A stretch of 46,337 nt of DNA from an uncultured archaeon (GCA_964632315.1 CAZWEM010000039.1:1-46337), one strand, 5' to 3'; positions 1-10,093 are shown, numbered from the stretch's first letter. Made by a program: numbers and translations. Notes: generated by a model not told the origin, from the letters alone.

Positions 1-693
1 AATTCCATCAATCTCTAATAGGTTGTTTAATTCATCATCATAAATGGCTCCAATAGTACATGCTGCTAATCCTAATGCTTCAGCTGTCAAGTAAAAATTC
101 TGACCAATGTGCCCTACATCCATGTAAATATATCTATAACATCTTTGGAGGTATTTCCATTTCGATCTTTCGATTATTGCCGTCCAGATAAATGTAATAG
201 CGGAATCATACACCATTTTTTGATCTAAACACCCTCGCATCGCTTCTGCTCGAAAGTCCCCAGTTTTTAAACATTCAATACTATGGTCTTTGATGTTATA
301 ATGGTATATTCCAGGTTCAATAGTTTCAACATTGTTCAAAATGATATAGCTTTCGATTGGAAATAGTCCTCCTGCAGAGGGGACGGTACGAAAAGCGTAT
401 TGGGGATATATCCTAGTTATTCCTGTTATTCCAAATATTAAACTACTAAGTTCATTGATATCGAGTGGTTCTCTGCTAAAATTCCTCAAGGATTTTCTGT
501 TCTTTAATACTTCCCAGAAATTCAATTCATTGAAAACCGGAGTAGGTAGTTGAATTATAGGTTTAACATTTGGATACGATTTATACATTTTAGGTTTCGA
601 CTCCCAATCTAAAAAGTGGCGAGGGAGCTCATTTCGAACATATTTGGACTTAGCTTGGAAATTGTCTCCATAATTCTCGATAGTATTATTCAT
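1..693 (-). CDS. SagB/ThcOx-family nitroreductase-like dehydrogenase; 3' end runs off the window
   Basis: Not in the ORF track. My translation from ATG 693 gives MNNTIENYGDNFQAK...NRKSLRNFS...FRTVPSAGGLFPIE...PGIYHY...RSKWKYLQRCYRYIYMDVGHIGQNFYL, typical SagB-type motifs, and is open to position 1. Confidence 0.9.
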   Translation of the reverse strand, partial: MNNTIENYGDNFQAKSKYVRNELPRHFLDWESKPKMYKSYPNVKPIIQLPTPVFNELNFWEVLKNRKSLRNFSREPLDINELSSLIFGITGITRIYPQYAFRTVPSAGGLFPIESYIILNNVETIEPGIYHYNIKDHSIECLKTGDFRAEAMRGCLDQKMVYDSAITFIWTAIIERSKWKYLQRCYRYIYMDVGHIGQNFYLTAEALGLAACTIGAIYDDELNNLLEIDGI

Positions 694-754
694 AGATAAT
701 ATGATTTAATTTTCCTTAAAAAAAGTTGAATTTATGTTTTAAAAGTTGTTTAAA

Positions 755-1951
755 TTAATCTGTTTTTCTGTTATTTTGTAAATCTCCTGACGATTTCCAT
801 TTTGTTAATATCGTTGCGAATAATATCGGAATTAGAAAGGCAAAAACCATGCTAGAAGCTATAATAACAGAATACAAACCAGCAGTTATCAAACCATTTT
901 CAAAGAATATTGCAATTATGACAATACTAGTACTAAATTTTACTGATAGTCCAATTCCTAATAAAATTGAATCCTTTTTACCTAGCCTCTTTTTCCCACT
1001 CAAATAACTAGCTAAAATTTTGGCTGCAAGACTGACCAATACTATTAGAATTATCAATATTGGAAATGCAATCAGATATTTTAAATCCATTGACACTCCG
1101 ATCATAAGAAAGAAGATGGGGGCAAAGAAACCATAACATATTGTTTTGACTTCCGATTCTATAACTTTTAATCTCTCTTTTGGCAAAAAGGTCCTTAATC
1201 CAATTCCAGCAAACAATGCACCAAGAGGAGCAGCTTGAGCAAATGATCCTACACCAATAAATAAAAATAAAACAAATACAATAAAAACGAAAAGAGCTTC
1301 AATCCCCGTGTGCTTGAATCTTTTACGTTCTTTTTTAAGTTTAATTAATCCAATCATTAGGACAAATAAGATAAAGAGCGCAATAATAATCACCCATATA
1401 TTAAAATCTCCTTCAGGTGAATTTGATCCAACCATTAAAACGACAAAAATTAAAGAAATAATCTCAATTATATCATCTAAACTGCCCACTCCAATAATCG
1501 TTTGTCCAAAAGGTTTACTAGTCAAATTAAATTCATCTAATATAGGTATTAGAATCTCTTCACCTACAGTAGCAAAAGATAGGCTAACAATGATAGAGAC
1601 TATAAAATCTACTCTAAAAACAAAATAAATGAGAAGGGTTCCAAAAAGCGTTGCGAATAAAATAGTCAATATAGTCGATTCAATTATGAATTTTCCCATT
1701 TTTTTCATTTCTTTTAAGTCTATTTCAAATCCAATAATAAAAAGTAAAAAATACATCCCCAATTGACTTAAAAAATCAAATAATGATGTGGAAGTAATCG
1801 ATGAAAAAGGATTATAAATCGCAAGGACAAATCCTAAAATCAACGCAGAAAAAATCCATGGAATGTGAACCTTTTCTATTAACATTCCAATAAGGTAGGT
1901 TAATAAGAAGATAACACTCAAAAATAAAAAAATAGAGAGATCGATAGCCAT
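755..1951 (-). CDS. Cation:proton antiporter (CPA2/KefB-like)
   Basis: About 12 hydrophobic segments; motifs LFIIGFEID, GSLDDI, LGALFAG, FFAPIFF. Confidence 0.85.
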   Translation of the reverse strand: MAIDLSIFLFLSVIFLLTYLIGMLIEKVHIPWIFSALILGFVLAIYNPFSSITSTSLFDFLSQLGMYFLLFIIGFEIDLKEMKKMGKFIIESTILTILFATLFGTLLIYFVFRVDFIVSIIVSLSFATVGEEILIPILDEFNLTSKPFGQTIIGVGSLDDIIEIISLIFVVLMVGSNSPEGDFNIWVIIIALFILFVLMIGLIKLKKERKRFKHTGIEALFVFIVFVLFLFIGVGSFAQAAPLGALFAGIGLRTFLPKERLKVIESEVKTICYGFFAPIFFLMIGVSMDLKYLIAFPILIILIVLVSLAAKILASYLSGKKRLGKKDSILLGIGLSVKFSTSIVIIAIFFENGLITAGLYSVIIASSMVFAFLIPILFATILTKWKSSGDLQNNRKTD

Positions 1952-2147
1952 AATAACAAATAATAAACAGAGGATATATAAGGATACTGAACCAAATTAA
2001 CAAGAGAATAACAATTTTCTACAAATCGAAATTTATTATCGAATAGAAAATAAATTTTGAGAAAATATTGACACTAAAGTTAAATGAGATATCCTAAAAT
2101 TAAAAATTAATAAAATCAAAAAAAAGAAATATTAAAAATAAAAATCC

Positions 2148-2387
2148 TTACTTTACAGCCTCAAAATATATGTACCACTGTTCATCATCTTCGAGATATT
2201 CTGTTCCTAAGTGCTTATGCTTTGTTTGTTTTTTTAAATCTCTCGGAACACTCTCGGACGCTGGCTTATAGTCTGTGATTACCTTTAAAACAGTACCTGG
2301 TCGCATTTTCATTAACTGTTTTTTAGTTTTTAATGCGGGTACTGGGCAGATTAAGCCACAGCAATTTAATTCTTCATCATATTTCAT
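2148..2387 (-). CDS. tusA: TusA/SirA-family sulfur carrier (last gene of Hdr cluster 1)
   Basis: LNCCGLICPVP (CPxP motif), GTVLKVITD; AAGGAG RBS upstream. Confidence 0.9.
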   Translation of the reverse strand: MKYDEELNCCGLICPVPALKTKKQLMKMRPGTVLKVITDYKPASESVPRDLKKQTKHKHLGTEYLEDDEQWYIYFEAVK

Positions 2388-2429
2388 GGTTTTATTCTCC
2401 TTGATTTAATTTTTATATATTTAGATAAT

Positions 2430-4898
2430 TTAATCACATATTACTGAAAATAAGGGTTCGTCCATATTTTCTTCCGCTTTCATCTCTAATTGCATTAATT
2501 GAACCAACCGAAGCGCTTCGTACCTAACTTTTTTCGAATCAATTCCAGTTCTCTTTGCTATACTACTGATAGTAGAAGGCCCTTGGACATTGATATAATC
2601 CAATACCTGTTGTCTTGGAGTTTTCTCAAAAGTCATCAATTCTCTCTTTGACTTAAGATTAATGGCAGTTTTAAGTTGTTCTTCGTTCACTTCTCCTTGC
2701 TCAAATAGTCCTTTACCCATAGCTTGTTCGATAAGTTGTTTACCGCGATCAGTCCACACTACAACAGTAGTGAAACCTTTCTTTGAGCCGACTTCTCCTG
2801 CAGTTATGTCAGAATAAATCGCGGGAAAATCTTGACAATGAGAACAGAAATGATTGCAACTCAAACACCTTCTTGCCTCTTGTAGAGCCATATCTTCGTT
2901 CAATACCCTATCAATCTCGTCAAATGACCAATTTATCTCCTCAGTTGCGTCTTCTAATGATTCTGGTTTTAAAGAGTAATCTTTAGGAGGCTTTCTAGGT
3001 CCACTGAAAAATGCATTTGCTCGTTTATATCTCCCATCTGCTAAGTCTTCTCCCTTTAGATACCTATCAATCGATATTGCTGCTTCTTTTCCGTGAGAGA
3101 TTGCAGCAATGGCTACGGCTTTTGAATTGCTGACGATATCTCCGCCGGCAAAAACTCCTGGTATGTTTGTTTCAAATGTAGTCTCGTCTATTTTGATCTT
3201 GTTTCGCTCTTTTTCTAAGTCACTGTTTGTTGCAGCATCAATTTGATTAAAATCAACTGCTTGACCAACAGCTATAACTATATTGTCCACGGGGATTTCA
3301 TAGTCAGTATCTTCAACTTTATTCAATGGTTTTCTTCCGTTCTCATCCGGCGTTCCCCATTCGATGTTGTAACAATTCAGTACTAACTTGCCTTCTTTAT
3401 TCTGAGTGATTTTAGCAGTGGAACTCTTGAAGTGATATTGAATGAACTCCATTTCACTTTCGGGGATTTCCCTTAGAACTAATTCTAATTCTTTTTCAGA
3501 CATTATATCTACTAAGTGTACTTTCTCAGCGCCTAGTCTTAAGGCTGTTTGAGCAACATCTACTGCAACAGGTCCTCCTCCGATTACACCAATGGATTTT
3601 CCTTTAAATTCTTCTTTATTTTCCCAATATCGATATTTTCTGTCCATTAAGAAATTTATTGCGACGAATACATTTGGTAGATCTTCTCCTTCTAAATGTA
3701 AGGTTCGAGGCTTATATTGCCCAGTAGCTATGAATACAGCTTCAAATGCGTTGTTTTTTAAATCTTCTATCGTCATATCAGGACCTAATGGTTTGTTTAG
3801 TTCTACTTCAATTCCGGATTCTATGATTTTTTGAACATCGTAATCTAATACATAGTTGGGCAATCTAAATTGTGGAACTCCAAATCGTAACATGCCACCA
3901 AGCTTATCGGTTTTTTCAAATATCGTAGGAGCGTATCCCCGTTTCCTTAAGAAAAAAGCAGCGGTTAGACCTGCAGGACCAGAACCTACAATAGCCACCT
4001 TCTTTGCGTTCTTTCTTAATTTTGGTGTCTTTTTTGAACTCTTTTTTGCTTGTTCAATCTCCCATTCTGTTACAAATTTCTTTAACTCCCGAATTGCAAC
4101 AGGATGGTCGTCCCCTATTAAAGTGCAGCCAAACTCACACTCATTTGTACAAATTCTACCACAAATAGAAGGAAGTGGATTGCTTTCTCTTATTAAGTTC
4201 ACTGCTTCTTGATATTTACCTTCACGTATCAATGAAATATACCCTTGAGCGTTAACGCCCGAGGGACAGTTATTACAGCAGGGTGAACATACTAAACCTT
4301 TATCTGTTGCTTCGGTTCGAATTTGTGAATTGCAAAATAGTCCAATTTTCAAGAGATCACGCTTCATTTCTTCTGCAATTTCGGCAGCTCCACGCATCTC
4401 ACACGGCACGCCGACAATTCCTATTTGATCAAATGTTTCACCTGTGAGTTCAACGAGTCGCTTTAAAACTCCTGATCTACCATAAACCACTCCCGCTTTC
4501 TGAACTACTTCCCTTGGATCGTTTACGATTTCGGCTATTGGTTTTTCTTCTTCTTCCTGTACCATGACGACATTCTTAAGGGTCTGATTTTCTAGTAATT
4601 CTTTAACGAAAGTAGTAACAAATCCTCCACTTGAAGCTTTAGCCTGAATCTCAGGATCTTTAGTTCTCAAGGAATATACCGCTAGGGGTTGCTTTTCTTT
4701 AAACTTCTTTTGAATTACTTGTGGGCATGTTTGATAACATTTTCCACAATCTTGGCCATCTCTCTCTAAGATACAATAATCTTTAAGAGTTGGGCGTCTT
4801 ACTTCCATTTCAATGTGCTTACAAGATCCAGCACATAGTCCACACCCTTGGCATAATCCCGCATCTACTATTTCAGATTTTAATAATGTAAAACTCAT
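2430..4898 (-). CDS. Ferredoxin-FrhB (FpoF-like) protein with an inserted GltD/NfnB-like FAD/NAD(P) oxidoreductase and a C-terminal winged helix
   Basis: N-terminal CQGCGLCAGSC/CGKCYQTCP; FrhB motifs SSGGFVT, GIVGVPC, IGLFC; GltD-like region CPSGVNAQGY, CGRICTNECE, VAIVGSGPAG, GGMLRFGVP, GVFAGGD, EARRCLSC; FrhB resumes with CSHCQDF..SDITAG.VGS..GFTTVVVWTDRG. Confidence 0.85.
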   Translation of the reverse strand: MSFTLLKSEIVDAGLCQGCGLCAGSCKHIEMEVRRPTLKDYCILERDGQDCGKCYQTCPQVIQKKFKEKQPLAVYSLRTKDPEIQAKASSGGFVTTFVKELLENQTLKNVVMVQEEEEKPIAEIVNDPREVVQKAGVVYGRSGVLKRLVELTGETFDQIGIVGVPCEMRGAAEIAEEMKRDLLKIGLFCNSQIRTEATDKGLVCSPCCNNCPSGVNAQGYISLIREGKYQEAVNLIRESNPLPSICGRICTNECEFGCTLIGDDHPVAIRELKKFVTEWEIEQAKKSSKKTPKLRKNAKKVAIVGSGPAGLTAAFFLRKRGYAPTIFEKTDKLGGMLRFGVPQFRLPNYVLDYDVQKIIESGIEVELNKPLGPDMTIEDLKNNAFEAVFIATGQYKPRTLHLEGEDLPNVFVAINFLMDRKYRYWENKEEFKGKSIGVIGGGPVAVDVAQTALRLGAEKVHLVDIMSEKELELVLREIPESEMEFIQYHFKSSTAKITQNKEGKLVLNCYNIEWGTPDENGRKPLNKVEDTDYEIPVDNIVIAVGQAVDFNQIDAATNSDLEKERNKIKIDETTFETNIPGVFAGGDIVSNSKAVAIAAISHGKEAAISIDRYLKGEDLADGRYKRANAFFSGPRKPPKDYSLKPESLEDATEEINWSFDEIDRVLNEDMALQEARRCLSCNHFCSHCQDFPAIYSDITAGEVGSKKGFTTVVVWTDRGKQLIEQAMGKGLFEQGEVNEEQLKTAINLKSKRELMTFEKTPRQQVLDYINVQGPSTISSIAKRTGIDSKKVRYEALRLVQLMQLEMKAEENMDEPLFSVICD

Positions 4899-4900
4899 GT

Positions 4901-6136
4901 TTATCCCTCTTTTATTTTAATTTCTTTTACAATACCCGTTGAATCAATCGTAAATTCAACTGAGCCGTTTTTATAAGTTCCCTCAACCACATCAAAAACG
5001 TGGGTTTTATATTGTTCAAAATTATCTTTATCGTTAATTTGTGTCTTGAACCCTCCATAATATAGATTAGATAAGTTCATGTTTCCCGCTATTTTTCTAA
5101 TATTATCGGTGACTTCTTTGTATTTTTTTGGATCTTTATTTTCAATGGCTTCTGTTAGCTCCGATTCTAAATTCAGTAAATTCTTTCTATATTGTTTAGT
5201 GGTTTCACTCACATCGATATTATTTGCTTGTTCGTAGGTTTCAATAATTTTAAGCGTTAGAGTTATTGAATGATCTCCACCTAATAAACCTGAAATTAAG
5301 GGCAACTCTTCAATTAATCTCCCCATAAATACATCTTCTAATAAGCTTCCTGATGAGGTTAACCTCCCTTTAGGTAAACCTGATGTGGGAAGTGTAAATC
5401 TAAAGAAATTTCCCAATACGTCTGGTAAGCTCTCTGTAATATCATCATCTCTATCTGCCAATTTATCTGTGGCTCCTTTCTCAGAATGTTCTGTGGCAAC
5501 TTCGATATTACCCATTAATGTACCAAACATGCCTAGCATTCGAACTCCTGAGCGTTCAATCGTTGGTTTACAGCCACGACACGGAGTATCATAGTCTATA
5601 CATCGTTCTTTACATTCTTTAGCAATAAAACCATTACAAAGATATCCAAGATCGTTAAAACAAGTCTCTTCGTCATCTAATTCGATTTGACGCTTAACTT
5701 GTTCTAAGTAATCACAAGTTTTCCGACGACCACATACCGTGCATAAATTTTTCAATTTAGGTAATTCTTCACCTTTAATCTCAGATTGAAGTTCTTCAAT
5801 CTCACCTAAACAACCATGAACATTTATCACACCGTCGACTATACCTTGTAAAGGCGTCACTTCATGACCTCGTTGATTTGATAAGGCAAAGACTCCTCCT
5901 GTGGTCGTACAATCTCCATAAGCAATCATCTTCGTTGAATTTACTTTTATCTTGTTCAAAATCTCCTTATCATCTGGTAATAAATAACCCGTGATTACAG
6001 AGACATCTGCTTTTTGCTCTTTCCAATTTTTAGGATCAGAAACAAATTCTACTTTATAATCGGAATCACCTTTCAATAATATGCTTTCGTTAAAGCATTT
6101 ATTGCATCCGTTAAATTGAAAGACTTTAACATCCAT
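4901..6136 (-). CDS. MvhG/VhuG-like hydrogenase small subunit with a ~145-aa C-terminal extension resembling a degenerate large-subunit fragment
   Basis: GCNKC, YGDCTTTGG, HGC, LCTVC, CFNDLGYLCNG, PCRGC and FFRFTLP are MvhG-type motifs; extension covers residues ~265-411. Confidence 0.8.
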   Translation of the reverse strand: MDVKVFQFNGCNKCFNESILLKGDSDYKVEFVSDPKNWKEQKADVSVITGYLLPDDKEILNKIKVNSTKMIAYGDCTTTGGVFALSNQRGHEVTPLQGIVDGVINVHGCLGEIEELQSEIKGEELPKLKNLCTVCGRRKTCDYLEQVKRQIELDDEETCFNDLGYLCNGFIAKECKERCIDYDTPCRGCKPTIERSGVRMLGMFGTLMGNIEVATEHSEKGATDKLADRDDDITESLPDVLGNFFRFTLPTSGLPKGRLTSSGSLLEDVFMGRLIEELPLISGLLGGDHSITLTLKIIETYEQANNIDVSETTKQYRKNLLNLESELTEAIENKDPKKYKEVTDNIRKIAGNMNLSNLYYGGFKTQINDKDNFEQYKTHVFDVVEGTYKNGSVEFTIDSTGIVKEIKIKEG

Positions 6137-6584
6137 CTTTAACTGTCCCCTCCTCTCTTATTGCTGTAGCTAAACGCTCTACTAAATCTTCAAAATCTCC
6201 GACCGCAGTTTCTCCTTCTCCTGCTCGTGCAGTATATTGATTTACAAACTGATCGCTGTATCCTAATTCTTTGAATACTTTTTTCAGAAGTTTAATTCTG
6301 TGCATCGAAAGAATATTACCATTAAAAAAGTGGCAAGCACCTATACAACAACCTATACAGGCTACAGCATCAGCACCATTATCAATTGCGTCCATTATTT
6401 GAATCGGGCCAACTTGTCCCGTGCATTGAACTCTAACAATACGTATAGCTGGATTATAGGCCATTCGGGCTACACCAGCTGTATTTGCTGATCCTTGACC
6501 GCATTCGTTGCACATGAATACCACAATATTTTCCATTTTCTCGAGCACTTCAGGCTCAATAACTTCACACTCTATTTCAGTCAT
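6126..6584 (-). CDS. mvhD: MvhD-like [2Fe-2S] adaptor subunit
   Basis: FMCNECG..SANTAG, IRIVRVQCTG, GADAV, GCCIGACHF..GN. Start moved to ATG 6584, which follows GGAGGTG and overlaps the hdrA stop. Confidence 0.88.
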   Translation of the reverse strand: MTEIECEVIEPEVLEKMENIVVFMCNECGQGSANTAGVARMAYNPAIRIVRVQCTGQVGPIQIMDAIDNGADAVACIGCCIGACHFFNGNILSMHRIKLLKKVFKELGYSDQFVNQYTARAGEGETAVGDFEDLVERLATAIREEGTVKDGC

Positions 6585-8607
6585 CTGCACATACACCTCC
6601 ACCGCCTGATACGGCGATTATTTCATCTAATAATTGTTCATCACTAAAGTTTAGCAATTGAATTGCTCCTGTAGGACATGCAGGCATGCACATACCACAA
6701 GATTTACACGCAATTTCGTTAATCATGGGTGTTCCATCATCATTCATTTGAATAGCTGCAGGAGAACACACAGTTTTACATAATCCGCATCTAACGCATA
6801 AATCTAAATCTACGGATGGAACCAACATTTCCTTCTCAATGTATCCTTTTACTAATGGAGCAGCAGCAATCGCTGCAGCGCTTCCTGCCTGAGCAACTGA
6901 CTCCGAAATATCTTTAGGTCCTTGAATCGCTCCTGCTAAAAAGATACCGCCTTTACTACTTAAAGTAGGGTTCATTTTTATGTGGAATTCTTTAAGAAAT
7001 CCTTCTTTAGATCGCAATACTTGAAGTTTTGATCCTAAAGGACCTATTCCCTCAGGTGGAACCATTGCAGCAGAAAGTACGACTAAATCTCCTTTAAGCA
7101 GTAAAGGTGTTTGACTTAGAGTATCTTCAACGCTCACAATTAACTCTCCCGAGACTGGGTCTTTAATGATTTCTGAAGGCCTCCCTCTAATGAAACGCAC
7201 TCCAACTTCTTGAGCAGACTTGTAGAGCTCCTCAAAATTCAATCCAGGAGTCCTAACGTCGATATAACATATGGTAACATTTGAGTTAGGATACATTTCT
7301 TTAATAATTCTAGCATTTTTAACTGCAAATTTACAGCACACGCCAGTACAATATTTATTCCCTACCTGATCGTTTCTGCTTCCGACGCATTGGATCATTA
7401 CCACGTTCTTTGGTATTTTTCCATCCGATGGTCGTAAAACTTGACTATTCGTAAGTGATCCCGGAGCTAGCATTCGTTCTACTTGAAGTTGTGTTAAAAC
7501 GTTTTCATATCCTTCTTGTTTATAATGATATGGTTCAATCTCTGAAGGGTCATATTCATCGTATCCTACAGCCACTACTATAGAGCCTACTTTAAATCTT
7601 TTAGTTTCTGGTTGCATTGAAAAATCAACGGCTTGAACTGGGCACACGTTAACGCAAGTATTACATTCAATACAATCCTTTTTTGATCGAACATAAGTTG
7701 CTGGAATAGCTTGCGGATAAGCTTTATAAATAGCGTGTCTCATTGACATTCCTGAATCCCACTCACTGGGAACTTCAACCGGACAATTAGCTGCACATTC
7801 TCCGCACGAAGTACAATTATCTTTAACATATCGTGGCTTGATTTCTACTTCCACCTCAAAATTGCCCATTGAACCCTCAACTTCTTTTATCTGTGCATTC
7901 GTATAAAGTTCGATTAATGGATGGTTCGCAACTCCATTAGTAAGGGGTGAAATTGAACATTGTGGGCATTCCAAAGTGGGAAATGTTTTATTTAATTGAG
8001 TCATGTGTCCTCCTATCGTTGATTTTCGCTCTATAAGGTAGACCGGGATTCCTAATTCCGCTAGATCGTTAGATGCACGAAGCCCAGCAATCCCTGCACC
8101 AATTACCAGAGCTGCTTTTGTAGTGGATATCTTACGTGTTTCTACATCTTGTAATTTTCTCGCTCTATTAACTCCAGCCTCAATTAATCGCTTTGCCTTT
8201 AGTGTAGCTTTTTCTTTCTCCTTTTGATGCACCCAACTGTCAAATTCTCGTATATTTACTTGCTGGTGACGATGTTTGTTTAATCCCATTTCTTGGATAG
8301 TATTAGCGAATGTTCTCCCATGTTGATTTTTTGAACACGAAGCCACCACTGTCCTATTAACTCCTAGCTCTTCAATCGAATCCTTCAGCATTTGTACTCC
8401 TGGCTTACTGCACATGAACATGTAATGTTCTGCTTTTACTACATTTGGCAACGTTGAGGCATATTTCGCAACTTCTTCCACATCTACAGTTCCAGCAATG
8501 TTATGGCCACAATGACATACAAACACTCCGATTCTAGGTTCCTCCGATTTTTCTTCTGTTTCGCCTACTTTTTCGGTACTTTTTACTTTTTGCTCTTTAA
8601 TTGTCAT
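6577..8607 (-). CDS. hdrA: Heterodisulfide reductase subunit A
   Basis: IGVFVCHCGHNIAG, GAGIAG, IGGHMTQLNKTFPTLEC, inserted and C-terminal ferredoxin motifs, IQCVGSR, YCTGVCC, GPKDI. Start ATG 8607 after GAGGAGG. Confidence 0.97.
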   Translation of the reverse strand: MTIKEQKVKSTEKVGETEEKSEEPRIGVFVCHCGHNIAGTVDVEEVAKYASTLPNVVKAEHYMFMCSKPGVQMLKDSIEELGVNRTVVASCSKNQHGRTFANTIQEMGLNKHRHQQVNIREFDSWVHQKEKEKATLKAKRLIEAGVNRARKLQDVETRKISTTKAALVIGAGIAGLRASNDLAELGIPVYLIERKSTIGGHMTQLNKTFPTLECPQCSISPLTNGVANHPLIELYTNAQIKEVEGSMGNFEVEVEIKPRYVKDNCTSCGECAANCPVEVPSEWDSGMSMRHAIYKAYPQAIPATYVRSKKDCIECNTCVNVCPVQAVDFSMQPETKRFKVGSIVVAVGYDEYDPSEIEPYHYKQEGYENVLTQLQVERMLAPGSLTNSQVLRPSDGKIPKNVVMIQCVGSRNDQVGNKYCTGVCCKFAVKNARIIKEMYPNSNVTICYIDVRTPGLNFEELYKSAQEVGVRFIRGRPSEIIKDPVSGELIVSVEDTLSQTPLLLKGDLVVLSAAMVPPEGIGPLGSKLQVLRSKEGFLKEFHIKMNPTLSSKGGIFLAGAIQGPKDISESVAQAGSAAAIAAAPLVKGYIEKEMLVPSVDLDLCVRCGLCKTVCSPAAIQMNDDGTPMINEIACKSCGMCMPACPTGAIQLLNFSDEQLLDEIIAVSGGGGVCADD

Positions 8608-8608
8608 T

Positions 8609-9523
8609 TTATAATGCCTCCTCTTGTTTAATTTCCTCTCCCTTAAACAGGTACTCACGACCCATCATTTGGTATTGAAGACCAACAAATTCTTGATCCA
8701 TGCCCATTGCATAAGCCGTTAGTTGAGAGAGATGAATGACTGGATAGTCATAATTGCATCCTCTATTTTTATTCAAATAGTCCTGTCCTGTCTCAAATTG
8801 AAGGTGACAGAAAGGACATATATCTAATATGAAGTCTGGCTTGACTTCGTCTATATTTTCCATTTTTTCTTCGAAGATTGTCATGCTTGAGGTACCATCA
8901 TAAGCCTTTACGCCTCCACCAGCCCCACAACACGTGAGTTGCTCCTTGAATCTAACTGATTGAACTCCTAATGCCTCAAGATAATCTTCGATGATTGTTG
9001 GTCCTTCAGAACTTTCAATTTCTCTAATTCTAGTTGGCTTTAAGAAGTGACATCCATAATGGATCGCTGCTCGAGCATTAATCTTCCGTACGATGTGGTC
9101 TTCAATTCCCCAAGGTCCAATCTCATATCCGAGTACCTCTGCGATATGTCGCACCGTGATGGTCCCTTTGAATTCATAATCACCAAGCAACTTTAGTTTT
9201 GCATTCACCAATTCGCGGTGTTCTTCATTTTCTTTCAAGTGCTTGTTAATTTCTTGAAGGGTTCCAAAACATCCATTACACACAGTTAAGATATCAGCAT
9301 CCAGTTGTTCTGCTATGCATAAATTACGAGCACCAGCTACCATCCAATCAACCTTGTTAAAGGATCGAAATACACCTGGAGCAGGACAACAACCCGCTCG
9401 TTCCATGTCTAATAATTCATATCCTAACTTTTCCATGACATATTTGGTAGCCTTCTCTATTTGCGGATATCTGTTTGGCATTATACAACCGAGAAAAAAT
9501 GCAAATGTTTGTTCTTTTACCAT
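8609..9523 (-). CDS. hdrB: Heterodisulfide reductase subunit B (two CCG domains)
   Basis: FLGCIMPNRYP, CCPAPG, CNGC, HYGCH, CCGAGGG, CPFCHLQF. Confidence 0.96.
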   Translation of the reverse strand: MVKEQTFAFFLGCIMPNRYPQIEKATKYVMEKLGYELLDMERAGCCPAPGVFRSFNKVDWMVAGARNLCIAEQLDADILTVCNGCFGTLQEINKHLKENEEHRELVNAKLKLLGDYEFKGTITVRHIAEVLGYEIGPWGIEDHIVRKINARAAIHYGCHFLKPTRIREIESSEGPTIIEDYLEALGVQSVRFKEQLTCCGAGGGVKAYDGTSSMTIFEEKMENIDEVKPDFILDICPFCHLQFETGQDYLNKNRGCNYDYPVIHLSQLTAYAMGMDQEFVGLQYQMMGREYLFKGEEIKQEEAL

Positions 9524-9535
9524 TTTTTAGACCTC

Positions 9536-10093
9536 CTATTTCTCCTCTTCTTCCTCTTCTTCTACGGGAGGAAGTTCAAACATGTATTTTTCAAAATTTT
9601 TTAAATCTTTATCTTTCCCTTCTTCCTTGAATTTATACAAGGTTGGGGGAAGTTCTTCTAAACCTAACTCAACTCTTCGTTTTCTAACCTCGTCATTGAT
9701 CGGAACGGCATGACCCGTGTTTTTAAGATATCCAACCACTGCTCTATGATTAGGTGAAATGTTTCCTAATTTTGTGGCATAGTTTCTTAACTCCATGATC
9801 ACGTCCGTTGGACGCACGTCACGTGGACAGCGTTCATAACACTGATAACATGTAGTGCATAACCAAATGTCGGGGTCTTTAAGAACCGATAAATCTCCAA
9901 GAACTACTTTTCTAATGATATTTCGAGTTTTCAAGGCAGTCCAACGTCCTGATTCACAAGACGCCGTACACGTACCGCATTGGATGCACTGCCAAATATT
10001 GGTTCTTCTCTCAATCGAATTGAAGAATTCTTGGTCGAAATCATCATCAACCTTGAATTCCTTATGAGGTTCTTTTTCTTTAACGTCAGACAT
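9536..10093 (-). CDS. hdrC: Heterodisulfide reductase subunit C
   Basis: CIQCGTCTASC, IWLCTTCYQCYERCPR, TGHAVPIN, LGLEELPPT. Confidence 0.95.
   Translation of the reverse strand: MSDVKEKEPHKEFKVDDDFDQEFFNSIERRTNIWQCIQCGTCTASCESGRWTALKTRNIIRKVVLGDLSVLKDPDIWLCTTCYQCYERCPRDVRPTDVIMELRNYATKLGNISPNHRAVVGYLKNTGHAVPINDEVRKRRVELGLEELPPTLYKFKEEGKDKDLKNFEKYMFELPPVEEEEEEEK

Noticed and set aside
4901-6584. A functional Mvh hydrogenase encoded here
   Set aside because: No large subunit with RxCGxC/DPCxxC motifs and no maturation protease in the window.
6126-8607. Selenocysteine in HdrA/MvhD, or TGA read-through fusing them
   Set aside because: The Sec-prone positions are Cys in both HdrAs and in MvhD. 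After the hdrA TGA (6577-6579) another TGA follows three codons later, and mvhD is in a different frame with its own RBS.
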